Program-made: the position numbers and the translations under genes | Shown here: positions 1 to 10,254 of the stretch, one piece after another | Layout of the letters: each line of letters begins with the position of its first letter | How positions within the stretch are numbered: position 1 is the stretch's first letter | Notes under the pieces: model-generated | The model's input: the letters and a program-made list of their open reading frames with translations, nothing else | What the model was told of the DNA's origin: nothing | Databases searched by the model: none | Source of the DNA: Sedimentisphaerales bacterium | Lineage (GTDB): Bacteria > Planctomycetota > Phycisphaerae > Sedimentisphaerales > SM23-30 | Length of the DNA: 64,000 bases | Reading direction: 5' to 3' (one strand) | Assembly (NCBI GenBank): GCA_963666285.1 | Contig: OY762711.1

Positions 1-123
1 GGTTGCTATGCCTATGCCTTAAATTCTGCCGAAGCCATCAGGGTTTACATGAGGCTCAAGTACAAATTCAATGTCGAAGAAGGATATTCTGTCGAATGTC
101 AGGAAGAAGCAGTTAATAGTTAA
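1..123 (+). CDS. 3' end of a CDS running in from the left edge (unknown product)
   Basis: Frame 1 is open from base 1 (GCYAYALNSAEAIRVYMRLKYKF...) to TAA at 121-123. Confidence 0.45.
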   Translation, partial: GCYAYALNSAEAIRVYMRLKYKFNVEEGYSVECQEEAVNS

Positions 124-308
124 GGGTCTTGTGTAACATTCTTGTTTTCAATACTTTACATTTAATTGCTCACCGTTTCGGTTGATGTGTGTTTCTATAT
201 CTTGCCATATCTGGGCCTGCAATTTTAAGTAATTTAACAAAAAATTATTATGATTAAAGGGATTTTAACACTTGTGACGATAGATTAAGTAAAGTTTTCT
301 CCCCTCCG

Positions 309-353
309 GAAAACATCGGGGTGCCAAGTGTTCCCGATGTTTTCTTTTTTTTT
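309..353 (+). terminator. Rho-independent terminator-like hairpin
   Basis: GAAAACATCGGG...CCCGATGTTTTC stem followed by a T run. Confidence 0.6.
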
Positions 354-365
354 ACCTTCCAATTT

Positions 366-599
366 CTATTTAAAAAATGCGAAACTTCTCATCTCTGATT
401 GTACAGAATTATTAAAGGATGCCATCATTGCAGCATTAGCGTTTGCCATAGTCTGATCTCTGGCTTCATTGGCAACTTCTTCTGCTATATTTATGTCCAT
501 TTCATTTACTATATCAGCGGTCATTTCATCCAAAGACGAATTTACTGTTGCCATTGCTGCTGCTATTCTATCTTCAGAAGAGCCTACCGAGGCTGGCAT
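366..599 (-). pseudogene. Short ORF resembling a flagellin C-terminal (D0) segment; probably a gene remnant
   Basis: ASVGSSEDRI...DINIAEEVANEARDQTMANANAAMMASFN resembles the flagellin C-terminal pattern; in-frame stop just upstream. Confidence 0.35.
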
Positions 600-808
600 T
601 AAGCTTTAGCGTACAGACATCAATTTGGATACACCCAAGACTTTCGCGGTGCCGAAGGGGCGATGGTTTCATTTTTTATCGTTCAGGCTGTCTTTTTAAT
701 ATTTCTGAGTTCAGTCTGCTTTAATACCCGTCACAATTGAGATTGCTCGTTTGAGCGTGGTACAAACATTGTCAATTTACTACTTAATGTACAAGCGACT
801 GGCCGGGA

Positions 809-1558
809 TCATTCATTATGTGTATAGTTCCAGTTCCAGTCTCCATGGTAGATCATTCTTTTATTCATCCCGCCGTCAACTGTAATGGTCTCACCGGTAA
901 TAAAATCCTGTTGGCATAAAAACAGAACCATTTCTGAGATATCTTTTGGTCTGCCGACCTTTCCCGCTGGTATCGCAAGGCGGTCTTCTTTACTGAACTC
1001 AGTCTGATCGGTCACATTGATCCATCCCGGAGCGATACAGTTCACATTCACATTCGGAGCTAGCGATATTGCCAGCGCATGGGTCAATGCGACAATTCCG
1101 CCTTTCACACTTGTATATGCTTCCGTATCCGGCTCTGACTGAAATGCCCTGGACGATGCGATATTTATGATCTTACCATGATTTCTTATTAGCTCTTCTT
1201 TACATAGCCTGCTCAGTTCATAAGGTGCCTTCAACCCGATAGCCAGGGTTTCGTCAAATTCATCATAGGTCAATCCCGACAGTATCCCTTTATTTCCCCG
1301 GCACGCATTATTAACCAGGACATCTATCCGTTGCAGCTTTGCCATCGCGAAATCTATAAAATCACTCAGTACCGCCGGGTCTGCAATATCACCTTTGTAA
1401 TAATGCAGATTTGGACTCTCGGACGCAAATTTCGCTGATCTTTCCTCGTCAATATCGATAAAACAGACTTCGTCACCCGCTTCGATAAAATCCAGGCATA
1501 TCTGCCTGCCGATCCCATGCCCGCCGCCGGTTACTACGATTCCTCTATCCATAATCAA
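809..1558 (-). CDS. SDR family oxidoreductase
   Basis: TGGGHGIG Rossmann motif, VNNA, catalytic YTSVK (YxxxK), PGW. Confidence 0.95.
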   Translation of the reverse strand: MIMDRGIVVTGGGHGIGRQICLDFIEAGDEVCFIDIDEERSAKFASESPNLHYYKGDIADPAVLSDFIDFAMAKLQRIDVLVNNACRGNKGILSGLTYDEFDETLAIGLKAPYELSRLCKEELIRNHGKIINIASSRAFQSEPDTEAYTSVKGGIVALTHALAISLAPNVNVNCIAPGWINVTDQTEFSKEDRLAIPAGKVGRPKDISEMVLFLCQQDFITGETITVDGGMNKRMIYHGDWNWNYTHNE

Positions 1559-1790
1559 AACCTGCTCTTTCCTGATTGTTTAATTGGAAGTTATCCCTTC
1601 ATATACTTTATCAATAACACTTATCTTCCACCCGGACCCACATTTTCTTTCTGAGAAAAAAAGCAGCCCCTTCCATTGCCATAAATCCTGATAACTATTT
1701 TGCTTTCAATATCTTGCATAGTTATCGCCTCGTTTATTTTGTAAGAAATAATACTACTTTTTTCTTACAAATTCAAGTATGGATGAGAGT

Positions 1791-1937
1791 TTAATCATCC
1801 GTTGAATTGCTTTTTTGACAAAATCCTTCATCTACTACCGGGATTATGAGAACATCTACTGTTTCCATGGCGGAGATGGATTTGGTTGAGGCGGCTTCTG
1901 TCAGCCAGTTGACGGCGAAATAGGCGAAGTCTTGCAT
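1791..1937 (-). pseudogene. Orphan C-terminal fragment with a dockerin-like tail
   Basis: DFAYFAVNWL matches the A..WL tail of other secreted proteins in the window; begins directly after an IS-end-like sequence. Confidence 0.45.
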
Positions 1938-1990
1938 GGTTCGTTCAGGACATGGGTAACGGTTGAGTGTCAAGACATAGGTAACGGTTT
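1938..1990. mobile_element. IS481-like terminal remnant with two CAT(G/A)GGTAACGGTT boxes
   Basis: gttcaggaCATGGGTAACGGTTgagtgtcaagaCATAGGTAACGGTT; the same box recurs at 39469-39482. Confidence 0.45.
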
Positions 1991-2106
1991 ACCTATCTTG
2001 ACTATATATTAACGTTTTAATTTTCATGTTCAATATCATTATTTTGAATGTGTGTTTTATGTTGTTTCCAGAGGGTTGATCTTTTGGAGATTTGCATCCA
2101 GTATCC

Positions 2107-2724
2107 CTAGGCACAGTCCGCCGAACCACAGTAAATAGCTATTATAACTGCCGGGCTGAAGCCATCCCATGCCATTTCCGGCTGATTGACTATCGCAGGA
2201 TTGCCATAATCAACAACATCCAATACTATACCCAATATGGTTGGTCCGGTATATAATTTTGCTCCGGGAATACCATCAATACCGCCTGGAACATGGATAA
2301 TAGCTGTGTCCATACTTTCAATACTGCCTGAATAAGCTGGATGAACTGTCAGATGCTCGGCAGATACTCTGGCAACTGGACCGCTGCTGTAATAGCTATC
2401 TATTATGCTCATGCCATTATAGAACTCGTAAGCAATAAATTCTCCAAGTCGCGTGCTATGTCCTGTCAACCAGATATATTCATCGTTACTGTATTGATCC
2501 TGAAGAACAGTAGCTTCGCCAATACGCCATAGTGTATTATCAGCTTTAACACCCATAATACAGACAGTAGAAAAACTGATACCCAAGTTCAATGCTCTTT
2601 CTCGAGCCGCATCCAGAGCCTCCTGCGAAGCCATGACGGCAGCATGAGTTGCATCTGCAGCGAAATAGCTGGCTATAAATACAAGTATGATTGTTATTGT
2701 TAACTGTCTTTTATGCAAAAACAT
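2107..2724 (-). pseudogene. Truncated secreted trypsin-like (S1) serine protease
   Basis: Signal peptide after the RBS-preceded ATG at 2724; WLTGH (His) and VHPAY...MDTAII (Asp) motifs present; no GDSGG serine motif before the stop. Confidence 0.6.
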
Positions 2725-3129
2725 AAGCTCTACCTTTTGAGCATAAGTGCAAGTTTTAGAATAGTGGACCAGTCCTGCCAAAGGAATATTCTGAAAGCAA
2801 TCAATCTCCCAGTTCATCGCTTGCAGGCTCATAGTGTATCCAGCAAAGGTGTATTATAGCGGATTTTGTATATTTTTGATTAAAAATTTGCCGGGATTAA
2901 AGATATTTGGGACGGGCAATGATGTAAAAATAGGCAATTTGTGAACATTGGCAAACCAAATAATGCCGGAGGTATGGCTTCGATAGTGTTAGTCAAAGAT
3001 TTTTGATAGTTCTGTTTTGCTCACATGTTCATCTGAATCAATACTATTTCTTCTGGTCAAAATGGCTCATATCATATAAAATTATCACTTTGCGATAAGT
3101 TAATGCAGGTATTTATATTAACTGGTTTT

Positions 3130-3143
3130 CCGCCTTTGGCGGA
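3130..3143. repeat. Short REP-like palindrome
   Basis: CCGCC-TTT-GGCGG inverted repeat. Confidence 0.4.
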
Positions 3144-3188
3144 TATCCTTCCCTTATGCCTTATCCCTGATCACTTATCCCTGTTTTT

Positions 3189-3935
3189 ATGCAAGATAAC
3201 GACTTAAAACTGGCTATTGAGGTTCAGCGAGCTCTGCTGGACCGCCACGTACCGCATTGCAACTGCGGCCGCATAGTCGTTCGCAACCAGATGTGCAGCG
3301 ATATCGGCGGCGATTTCTATCATTTTAAACAGCTCAATGATGATCAGGTTGCTTTTGCCATAGGCGATGTCATGGGCCATGGCATGTCCGCCGCTCTTGT
3401 CGTTTCTCTGCTCATGGGCAAGCTGTGGACCACCGATAATTCGCCCACTCGCCCTCAGACCGTGGTAAACGAACTTAACGATATGCTTGTCGAGCTCGGC
3501 GACCATCTCGACTGGCCCGTAACCAGTACCATTTTCCTAGGCGTAATCGATTTGCCCAGCGGCATAATCATGTTTGTCAACGCCGGGCATAATAAACCGA
3601 TACATCTCAGCCGCAGTGAGAATGATACCAATTTGCTTGGGCTTACCAATATGCTGCTCGGCGTCCAGGGCGGCATGCGCGAGGAAGCTTGCGAACAGTT
3701 CGGACGCGGCGACAGGCTCGTTCTATACACCGACGGCATAACCGAGGCTATGAACCTCGACCTGGTCCAGTTCGGCCCCAAAAGGCTCGAAGATATCATT
3801 CGTCGTACCGCCGACAATACTCCCGAGCAGGTTGCCGACATTATTTTCGATGAACTTGACAGATTTTCTGCCGGGCGGTCGATTGATGATGATATGACAC
3901 TCATAATTATCGACTTCGACGAAGTTAACAAATAG
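3189..3935 (+). CDS. Stand-alone PP2C/SpoIIE (RsbU-like) Ser/Thr phosphatase
   Basis: GGDFY, IGDVMGHG, NAGH, LYTDGITEA and DDMT motifs. Confidence 0.93.
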   Translation: MQDNDLKLAIEVQRALLDRHVPHCNCGRIVVRNQMCSDIGGDFYHFKQLNDDQVAFAIGDVMGHGMSAALVVSLLMGKLWTTDNSPTRPQTVVNELNDMLVELGDHLDWPVTSTIFLGVIDLPSGIIMFVNAGHNKPIHLSRSENDTNLLGLTNMLLGVQGGMREEACEQFGRGDRLVLYTDGITEAMNLDLVQFGPKRLEDIIRRTADNTPEQVADIIFDELDRFSAGRSIDDDMTLIIIDFDEVNK

Positions 3936-3939
3936 AATA

Positions 3940-4014
3940 GTAGCACAAGCGTCCTCGCTTGTGATTAATTTATCTCGCCGTAAGGCGATAGCTTAAAAGG
4001 CCCTGTAAAGGGCG
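3940..4014. repeat. Cluster of REP-like hairpins
   Basis: GTAGCACAAGCG-TCCT-CGCTTGTG, TCGCC-GTAA-GGCGA and GCCCT-GTAA-AGGGC. Confidence 0.5.
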
Positions 4015-4144
4015 AAAGAAAAGATAATAGTAACATTAACTAATTATTATTTGGGCAGCAAGCCCTTATCACTTTTGTAGAAAAATTATAATACGTGTGC
4101 CTGTTATAGAAAGGCATAATAGTTATGGAAGGTGCAAAGACATA

Positions 4145-5944
4145 ATGATTGATCCAGGTATTATTTTACGATATTCATACCGCCAGTATCAGACAGACGG
4201 CAGGTTGCAGAACCTGTACGAAACCCTAGACGAGCTCAAAGCCGGGCTTGTCCTTCTAAGTTTTGCCGATATCGGTTTTGATGACAATATTCTCGAATGG
4301 GAGCGTGTTACCGAGCGGCTCGAAGTTATCAAACAGACGGTCCGCCGCCTTAAAAAACGTAAATTCCATTCTGAGCTTGTCCTGCCCGGTCTTGCCGGCT
4401 GCGATAGCCGGGAATACGAAGCTTACCTTGCTAAATTGTTCGCTGCGGCCGTTAACACTGGCATAAAGACCATATGGGTAGACGATGCTGCTGTCGATTC
4501 ATTCTCAAACGTAACGCCTGTCGAACGCAAGCGGCTATATAATAAGATTGCCCAAACTGTCCATAAAGCAGCCGCAAAAGTATGTGTGGGTCTTATCGCT
4601 TCTACTCCCGAAAAATACAATGCTGTTGGCTGTACTCCGCTCCAGCTTGCCGCCGCTCTGGCCGACGGCTCTGAGCCGCTTCTGGCCCAGTCTCAACCGT
4701 TCAGCGAAGACTACAACCGTATCGAGATGCTCGATGCCGCGGCTACCGCTGCTATCAGCCAGATGCAGAATATGCATTCTATCGATAATATTGCTCTGCT
4801 GGGTAATATTAACCAGATGCTCGCCTCTCCTTTCAATAAATCGGCCGAAAGCACCCAGATGCAGCTCAATATCAACATGCTCTACGGCCATCGCCAGATC
4901 ATTCTCAACTGCTTCGACCAGATGGGCACCGCTCCGCGTCGCGACAATCTCTATATCCAGATGATCAACGGCAGCAAAAAATACTATAGTCAGCTTGCCA
5001 GTTTGGTACCCGCTGATATCGTCTATCCCGGCATACGCATTATCCTCTCCGATGAAGCTGATGTCAGCTGGAACATAGCCGCCGCCCGTATGTTCTGGCG
5101 TATGGGCATGCCTGTCAGCTTTATCCGTGTAAGTGATATCGACGAAAACTACGACCGCTCAATGGCGGCTGTCCTTACCGGTACCACTCCGCAGGAAATG
5201 ACCCGCGAACAGTTTGACGCTGTATTTAATGGCGGTGTACTGCTTGACAGTACCGCTGCTAAAACCATCCATGAAATGGGGCTGCCCGGCTTGATTGGCT
5301 GCAAGGTAGGGGCCGGGATCGAGGAAGTCTGTACCGAGATTCTCGCCTTCCAGGCATACGCCAATCGATTCTACGGACACCAGACGGTATTCCGCAACGC
5401 TCATTCTGCGTCAACCTTCCGGCAGCTCGAACCGTTCCATATAAACACAAAAGTTATCACGGAAATCACCCGTCATGGCAAACTCAAAAACGTTGACGGA
5501 ATGGTAATATTCGATAACATCGAGCATGACCACCGCAGTGCGATTCTGCCGTTTGAACTCAACGAAGACAGCTGCAAACGCCTGCTCTCTCCCGCTCGTC
5601 AGCGTCACACCCAGGAGATAATGCAGTGGCTGCTGCGTAAACGCCTGCCGTGTTTTGTTGAAAATACACCGGACCTGGTACCGTTTATGGGGTTTGTCCC
5701 GGATACCAAACGCATCGTACTGACTCTGCTGAACGTTGGCTTTGACTGGGCTATAGATTCACGTATCCGGTTCGGTAATCTGCCGTTTACGGTCAAGCGG
5801 GTCAAAGAGCTTAACGAGCAGGGCATAATTGTAAGAGATGAAAGCCTGAAAATGCAGTACGACGAAAGCTATAGCTATATCCAGCTGAACTCTGATTTTG
5901 CCGTACCGCCGATGCAGATGCTCAACCTGATACTCGAAGGATAA
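4145..5944 (+). CDS. Hypothetical cytoplasmic protein (~600 aa)
   Basis: Long ORF with host-like codon usage, just upstream of polX; no clear motif. Confidence 0.8.
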   Translation: MIDPGIILRYSYRQYQTDGRLQNLYETLDELKAGLVLLSFADIGFDDNILEWERVTERLEVIKQTVRRLKKRKFHSELVLPGLAGCDSREYEAYLAKLFAAAVNTGIKTIWVDDAAVDSFSNVTPVERKRLYNKIAQTVHKAAAKVCVGLIASTPEKYNAVGCTPLQLAAALADGSEPLLAQSQPFSEDYNRIEMLDAAATAAISQMQNMHSIDNIALLGNINQMLASPFNKSAESTQMQLNINMLYGHRQIILNCFDQMGTAPRRDNLYIQMINGSKKYYSQLASLVPADIVYPGIRIILSDEADVSWNIAAARMFWRMGMPVSFIRVSDIDENYDRSMAAVLTGTTPQEMTREQFDAVFNGGVLLDSTAAKTIHEMGLPGLIGCKVGAGIEEVCTEILAFQAYANRFYGHQTVFRNAHSASTFRQLEPFHINTKVITEITRHGKLKNVDGMVIFDNIEHDHRSAILPFELNEDSCKRLLSPARQRHTQEIMQWLLRKRLPCFVENTPDLVPFMGFVPDTKRIVLTLLNVGFDWAIDSRIRFGNLPFTVKRVKELNEQGIIVRDESLKMQYDESYSYIQLNSDFAVPPMQMLNLILEG

Positions 5945-6000
5945 TTTTATTTCGGCGGCAGCCGATTCATTACCTGCCCCCTGGAACTTTGAAACCTGAT

Positions 6001-7731
6001 ATGCTGAACCAAAAACTTTCACTTTTATTCGCCAAAATTGCTGACATGCAGGAGCTGCTCCGGCAAAACTCTTTTAAGGTTGCCGCCAACCGCAAGATCG
6101 CTCGTATCATAGCCGAGAGTGACCGCGACTTTGCCGAACTCGCTGCCGACGATAAGCTTTCCGGCATAGAGGGCATCGGTGAATCCGCTATCGCACGCAT
6201 AAATGAGTTCTGCACAACCGGCACTATCAGCGAATACGAAGAGTTGCTCGAGTTTGTCCCTGCTAGCGTCCTGGACATGCTCAAAATCAACGGGCTTGGC
6301 CCCAAATCTGTCAGTATGCTATGGCGTGAATATGATATAGACAATATCCGCCTTTTGCTGGCAGTCGCACGTGAAGGGCGGCTCGAAAAGTTACCCGGTT
6401 TCGGTAAAAAAAAGGCCGAAGCTGTTATGTCCAATATTATGTTCCAGATGGAGGCAGGCGACCGCATCCTGCTCGGCCGTGCCATCGAAATTGTCGAGCT
6501 TATCCGCTTCCAGGTCAATAATATTGCTCCTTCTGTTACCATCCATCCGGTAGGTTCTACCCGCCGCTGCTGCGAGACAGTTGGCGACGTTGACCTACTC
6601 GCCGTTACCGATAACCCGGACGAATTTGCCATAGCTTTCCTCTCTATCGAAGGTATCACAGAAGTTACCTCCCAAACCGATACAAAGATTTCTTTCTCAT
6701 GGAAAGAACCAGACTCAATGCGTCAGCCGGTGCCGGGCGAAATCTTTATCGTCTCTCCTGACGCCGAACACGCCGCCTTATGTTTCCTTACCCCGTCAGC
6801 CGCCCAGCGTGATCTGCTCTGTAAGCAGGCCGAATCAAAAAAAATGACGCTGAAAGCTTCCGGCCTCTTCAAAGGCGACAAACTTATCAAATGCCCGTCA
6901 GAACCGGCCGTTTACAAAAAACTTGGCCTGCCCTATATCGCCCCGACACTCCAGGATGATACCACCGCCCAGCAGGCGGCAATCGACAAAAAACTGCCAG
7001 AGGTTGTCCGGCTCGCCGATATACGCGGCGACCTGCACATGCACACTACCGCATCCGACGGTCGCAGCTCAATTGACGACCTTATCAACGCTGCCATGAT
7101 GCTCAAATACGAGTATATCGCTATTACCGACCATTCCAAAAGCTCTGTTATCGCCAACGGCCTCTCTACCCGCGACCTGCTCGCCGAGGTCGAACGCCTG
7201 CAGGAGCTGAACGAGCAGATCAAAGGGCTGACTATCCTTGCCGGCTGCGAAGTTGATATCCTCTCCGACGGATCACTCGATTATGATGATGATGTCCTCA
7301 AGCAGCTTGACTATATCACAGCTTCCATCCATTCCGGCATGACCGGCACCAGGAAAAAAAATACTTCCCGCATCCTCAAGGCCATGGAAAGCCCGTATGT
7401 CAAAAGTATATCACATCCGACCGGCCGCTATATCAAATACCGCCAGCCGATGGACCTTGATATGCCACGCATCTTTCAGCAGGCAGTTGATACCAACACC
7501 GCTCTGGAGATCAGCTCCCAACCGGCCCGGCTAGACCTCTCCGCCGAACATGTCCGCCAGGCAATCGATATGGGTGTCAAACTCGCTATCAATACCGACG
7601 CCCATGATGCCTCCGGTTTGTTCCTCATGTCGCTCGGCGTCTCCATCGCCCAGAAAGGCTGGGCTGCCAAAGCCGACATCATCAACACCATGCCCCTCAA
7701 AAAATTCAAAGCCTGGCTCGATAAATCATAA
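6001..7731 (+). CDS. polX: Family X DNA polymerase with PHP exonuclease domain
   Basis: HhH motifs (GIG, GLGPK, GFGKK), GSTRR..GDVD, and PHP motifs HMHT..SDG, TDH, HP, NTDAH. Confidence 0.92.
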   Translation: MLNQKLSLLFAKIADMQELLRQNSFKVAANRKIARIIAESDRDFAELAADDKLSGIEGIGESAIARINEFCTTGTISEYEELLEFVPASVLDMLKINGLGPKSVSMLWREYDIDNIRLLLAVAREGRLEKLPGFGKKKAEAVMSNIMFQMEAGDRILLGRAIEIVELIRFQVNNIAPSVTIHPVGSTRRCCETVGDVDLLAVTDNPDEFAIAFLSIEGITEVTSQTDTKISFSWKEPDSMRQPVPGEIFIVSPDAEHAALCFLTPSAAQRDLLCKQAESKKMTLKASGLFKGDKLIKCPSEPAVYKKLGLPYIAPTLQDDTTAQQAAIDKKLPEVVRLADIRGDLHMHTTASDGRSSIDDLINAAMMLKYEYIAITDHSKSSVIANGLSTRDLLAEVERLQELNEQIKGLTILAGCEVDILSDGSLDYDDDVLKQLDYITASIHSGMTGTRKKNTSRILKAMESPYVKSISHPTGRYIKYRQPMDLDMPRIFQQAVDTNTALEISSQPARLDLSAEHVRQAIDMGVKLAINTDAHDASGLFLMSLGVSIAQKGWAAKADIINTMPLKKFKAWLDKS

Positions 7732-7763
7732 CTGCAATTCGATAATATGTTGGTACCGCCAAA

Positions 7764-8117
7764 GTGAAAAAGAAAATAATAATAATTACACTGCTTTCAG
7801 CGTTTTTTCTTTTTATTTCATGGATGCTTATTTGGGCTTGGCAAAAGTATTATATTGGCGTAAAGATCGTCAGTCAGTATTTTTATTACCAGGAAATTAA
7901 TGAATATGTAAAAGAGCAGGGGACTTTTCCTGATAATATTAAATCTAAACCGGCTGAAATGTTTAATGGAGATATTATTCCTGAAGCATACGGTATTTCT
8001 GAAAGTGTTTTACTTAAACAGCAGTGTTTCGGGAGAAATATTATTACTTATGGTAATGGCCGTACAGTCCTAATGAACGATGGTGAAATTATAAGTGAGA
8101 TTTCGTGGGATAAATAG
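7764..8117 (+). CDS. Hypothetical membrane-anchored protein
   Basis: AT-rich ORF with an N-terminal hydrophobic segment. Confidence 0.6.
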   Translation: MKKKIIIITLLSAFFLFISWMLIWAWQKYYIGVKIVSQYFYYQEINEYVKEQGTFPDNIKSKPAEMFNGDIIPEAYGISESVLLKQQCFGRNIITYGNGRTVLMNDGEIISEISWDK

Positions 8118-8143
8118 CAATTATAAGCGATATGTAAAAGTGG

Positions 8144-8455
8144 ATGACCGAAACCGCCCTGTCAATGGCTGTTTTGCAGGTAATAGCTATTATTGCCGCG
8201 TTAATTGTTACCGGAATTATTATGTTGAGTATAAAAGTATTTTCTTCACTGAATATATCCGAACTTTCATGGTTGGTAGTATTGATTATAATGTTCCCTG
8301 TTATCCCGATCCATGAGTTTATTCATGCAGTGTTTTTCAAAGGCGGCCCATTATCAAAAAATATAATCTTTGGTTTTTATCCCAGGCAAATACCTTCTAA
8401 TGCTATCGTACAAAATTGTGGGATAAAAACGTATTACAAGGTGTCAGAGGTTTAA
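8144..8455 (+). CDS. DUF3267-like membrane zincin, apparently internally shortened
   Basis: Two TM segments followed by IHEFIH (HExxH) and FGF; the downstream TM helices expected in this family are missing. Confidence 0.5.
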   Translation: MTETALSMAVLQVIAIIAALIVTGIIMLSIKVFSSLNISELSWLVVLIIMFPVIPIHEFIHAVFFKGGPLSKNIIFGFYPRQIPSNAIVQNCGIKTYYKVSEV

Positions 8456-8484
8456 TGCCGGGATATATAATCTGGTTTGAGTAC

Positions 8485-9042
8485 TCAATTAATCGTAAAT
8501 ATGTGGTCACGTTTTTCGGTGAGCATTTTTGTCGCGATTTTCAGTCCTTTTTCATCTTCCGGCAGTTTTTCTTCTAGAAACAGGTTCATACACCGCACAG
8601 CTTCTATCTGGTGCCCGCCTTTTTTGAGGGCTGCTTTGCAGACGTAATCAAAACCAATATTATCACCAAACTCATGCAGGGCCCTGGCCGCGGCACAGAC
8701 AACATATGGCTGGCGGTCGTTAAGAGAATCGTATAGTTTTGGTACCGCGTTTCTCAGTCCTAAAACAGCTATTTGTCGACACGCTTCAACGCGTACATTT
8801 ACCGCGCAATCGTTAAGCCTGCCTAGAACTAGGTTGGCAACTTTGTTGCCGCGCAGTTTAACCAATGCCCGTAATGATGCAGTACGATATGCACTGTGAG
8901 TGTCTGCCAGCAGGACCATCAGCTTAGTAAAGCCAAGCTCCGGCCCAACTATCTCGCCGCCTGGCAATCGTACGGTATCGTACTCATCGATTGGAACGTC
9001 AGAGTTTCGGTTCTCGTCTATGTTGGTTTTTACTGTTGTCAT
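8485..9042 (-). CDS. HEAT-repeat (PBS lyase-like) protein
   Basis: Repeated L.D....VR..A...L units. Confidence 0.8.
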   Translation of the reverse strand: MTTVKTNIDENRNSDVPIDEYDTVRLPGGEIVGPELGFTKLMVLLADTHSAYRTASLRALVKLRGNKVANLVLGRLNDCAVNVRVEACRQIAVLGLRNAVPKLYDSLNDRQPYVVCAAARALHEFGDNIGFDYVCKAALKKGGHQIEAVRCMNLFLEEKLPEDEKGLKIATKMLTEKRDHIFTIN

Positions 9043-9279
9043 CTATACGTTAATGTTCGCAATACAGCGGTGTCCAATAATAAAAAGTTCCTCAACAGAT
9101 TATAGCGTCTAAAAGGCCGCTCGGGCGCAGACATTTCGCCTCAGCAAACTCGACCTGTATTATTATAATCTGCAATTTAAATTGCCCGGTTTCAATAAAT
9201 TACGTAAATTTGCTGAATGGTTTAAGAAAAAATGGTGGAATAATCGATACAATCGAAATAATTGTAATAAGTTATTGGA

Positions 9280-10044
9280 CTATTCAATGGTTAGCATTTT
9301 GAAGGAGTCGTAACGGGGTGCGGTCCACATTTCAAGGTCGTTGCCTATTATATCGCGAGCGGTATTTATAGCTACGGTTGGGCTGTTATTGTTTTCGCTC
9401 AGGTGGCTCAGGACCGCCCATTGCAGCTTACTGGCATGGACTTTGAGAAGGTGTGCGGCTTCTGCATTAGTGATATGTCCGGCATCGCCTGATATTCGCT
9501 GACGCAGGTAGAGTGGGTATGGGCCGTTTTCAAGCATTTCCGGGTCGTAGTTGCTTTCCAGGTATATGCCGTCCAGTTCAGATATGAAGTTGCTCAGCCC
9601 GGCAAAACAATGTCCCAGGTCGGTAAAAATGCCCAGTTTTTTGTTATCGTAACTAATGATAAAAACGACCGAATCTTCACCATCATGTGGCGTCGGGATA
9701 GTCTGGACCGTAGTGTCCTTAAACTTGAGAATCGAGCCTGCGGTATAGGTGTGATGCTCGTATAGTACGCCCAGTTTGCTTTCGCAGGCGTCAAATGAGC
9801 CGGTAGTCATATACAGCGGCTTGCGTATCTTTCGCTGGAAAGTACCGGCACTGCGGGAGTGGTCGGTATGGTTATGGCTGACAAGGATAGCGTCTACATC
9901 CCAGAGATCCCGCTTTTTATCATTAAGTCGCTGTTGAGCCTGTTTGCCGGAGATTCCGGCATCGATAATCAACTTGGTATCAGGGGTTTCGACATAAAAG
10001 CAGTTGCCGTTAGAGCCGGTTTGTAATGAACAGGATGTAATCAT
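9280..10044 (-). CDS. MBL-fold metallo-hydrolase (YycJ/WalJ-like)
   Basis: GSNGN, IDAG, HNHTDH, PHD, TDLG, LESNYD, GH, HLSENNN. Confidence 0.92.
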   Translation of the reverse strand: MITSCSLQTGSNGNCFYVETPDTKLIIDAGISGKQAQQRLNDKKRDLWDVDAILVSHNHTDHSRSAGTFQRKIRKPLYMTTGSFDACESKLGVLYEHHTYTAGSILKFKDTTVQTIPTPHDGEDSVVFIISYDNKKLGIFTDLGHCFAGLSNFISELDGIYLESNYDPEMLENGPYPLYLRQRISGDAGHITNAEAAHLLKVHASKLQWAVLSHLSENNNSPTVAINTARDIIGNDLEMWTAPRYDSFKMLTIE

Positions 10045-10254
10045 TCAGGTGGTTTGGTAAAATGTGGTTGTCAAAATGTCGCTATCACTATTATTAGCAA
10101 AATATTATAGCAAATGTAAGCTGAATGTGAAAAATAAAATAGTAACCATTTTTTGTCATAATTGTATCGTATTACAGGGCAGTAAAATACAATTTGTACA
10201 TTTTTTGCCAAATAACGGACATTTTGAGTAAACTATCATGAAGGATGGTGCAGT

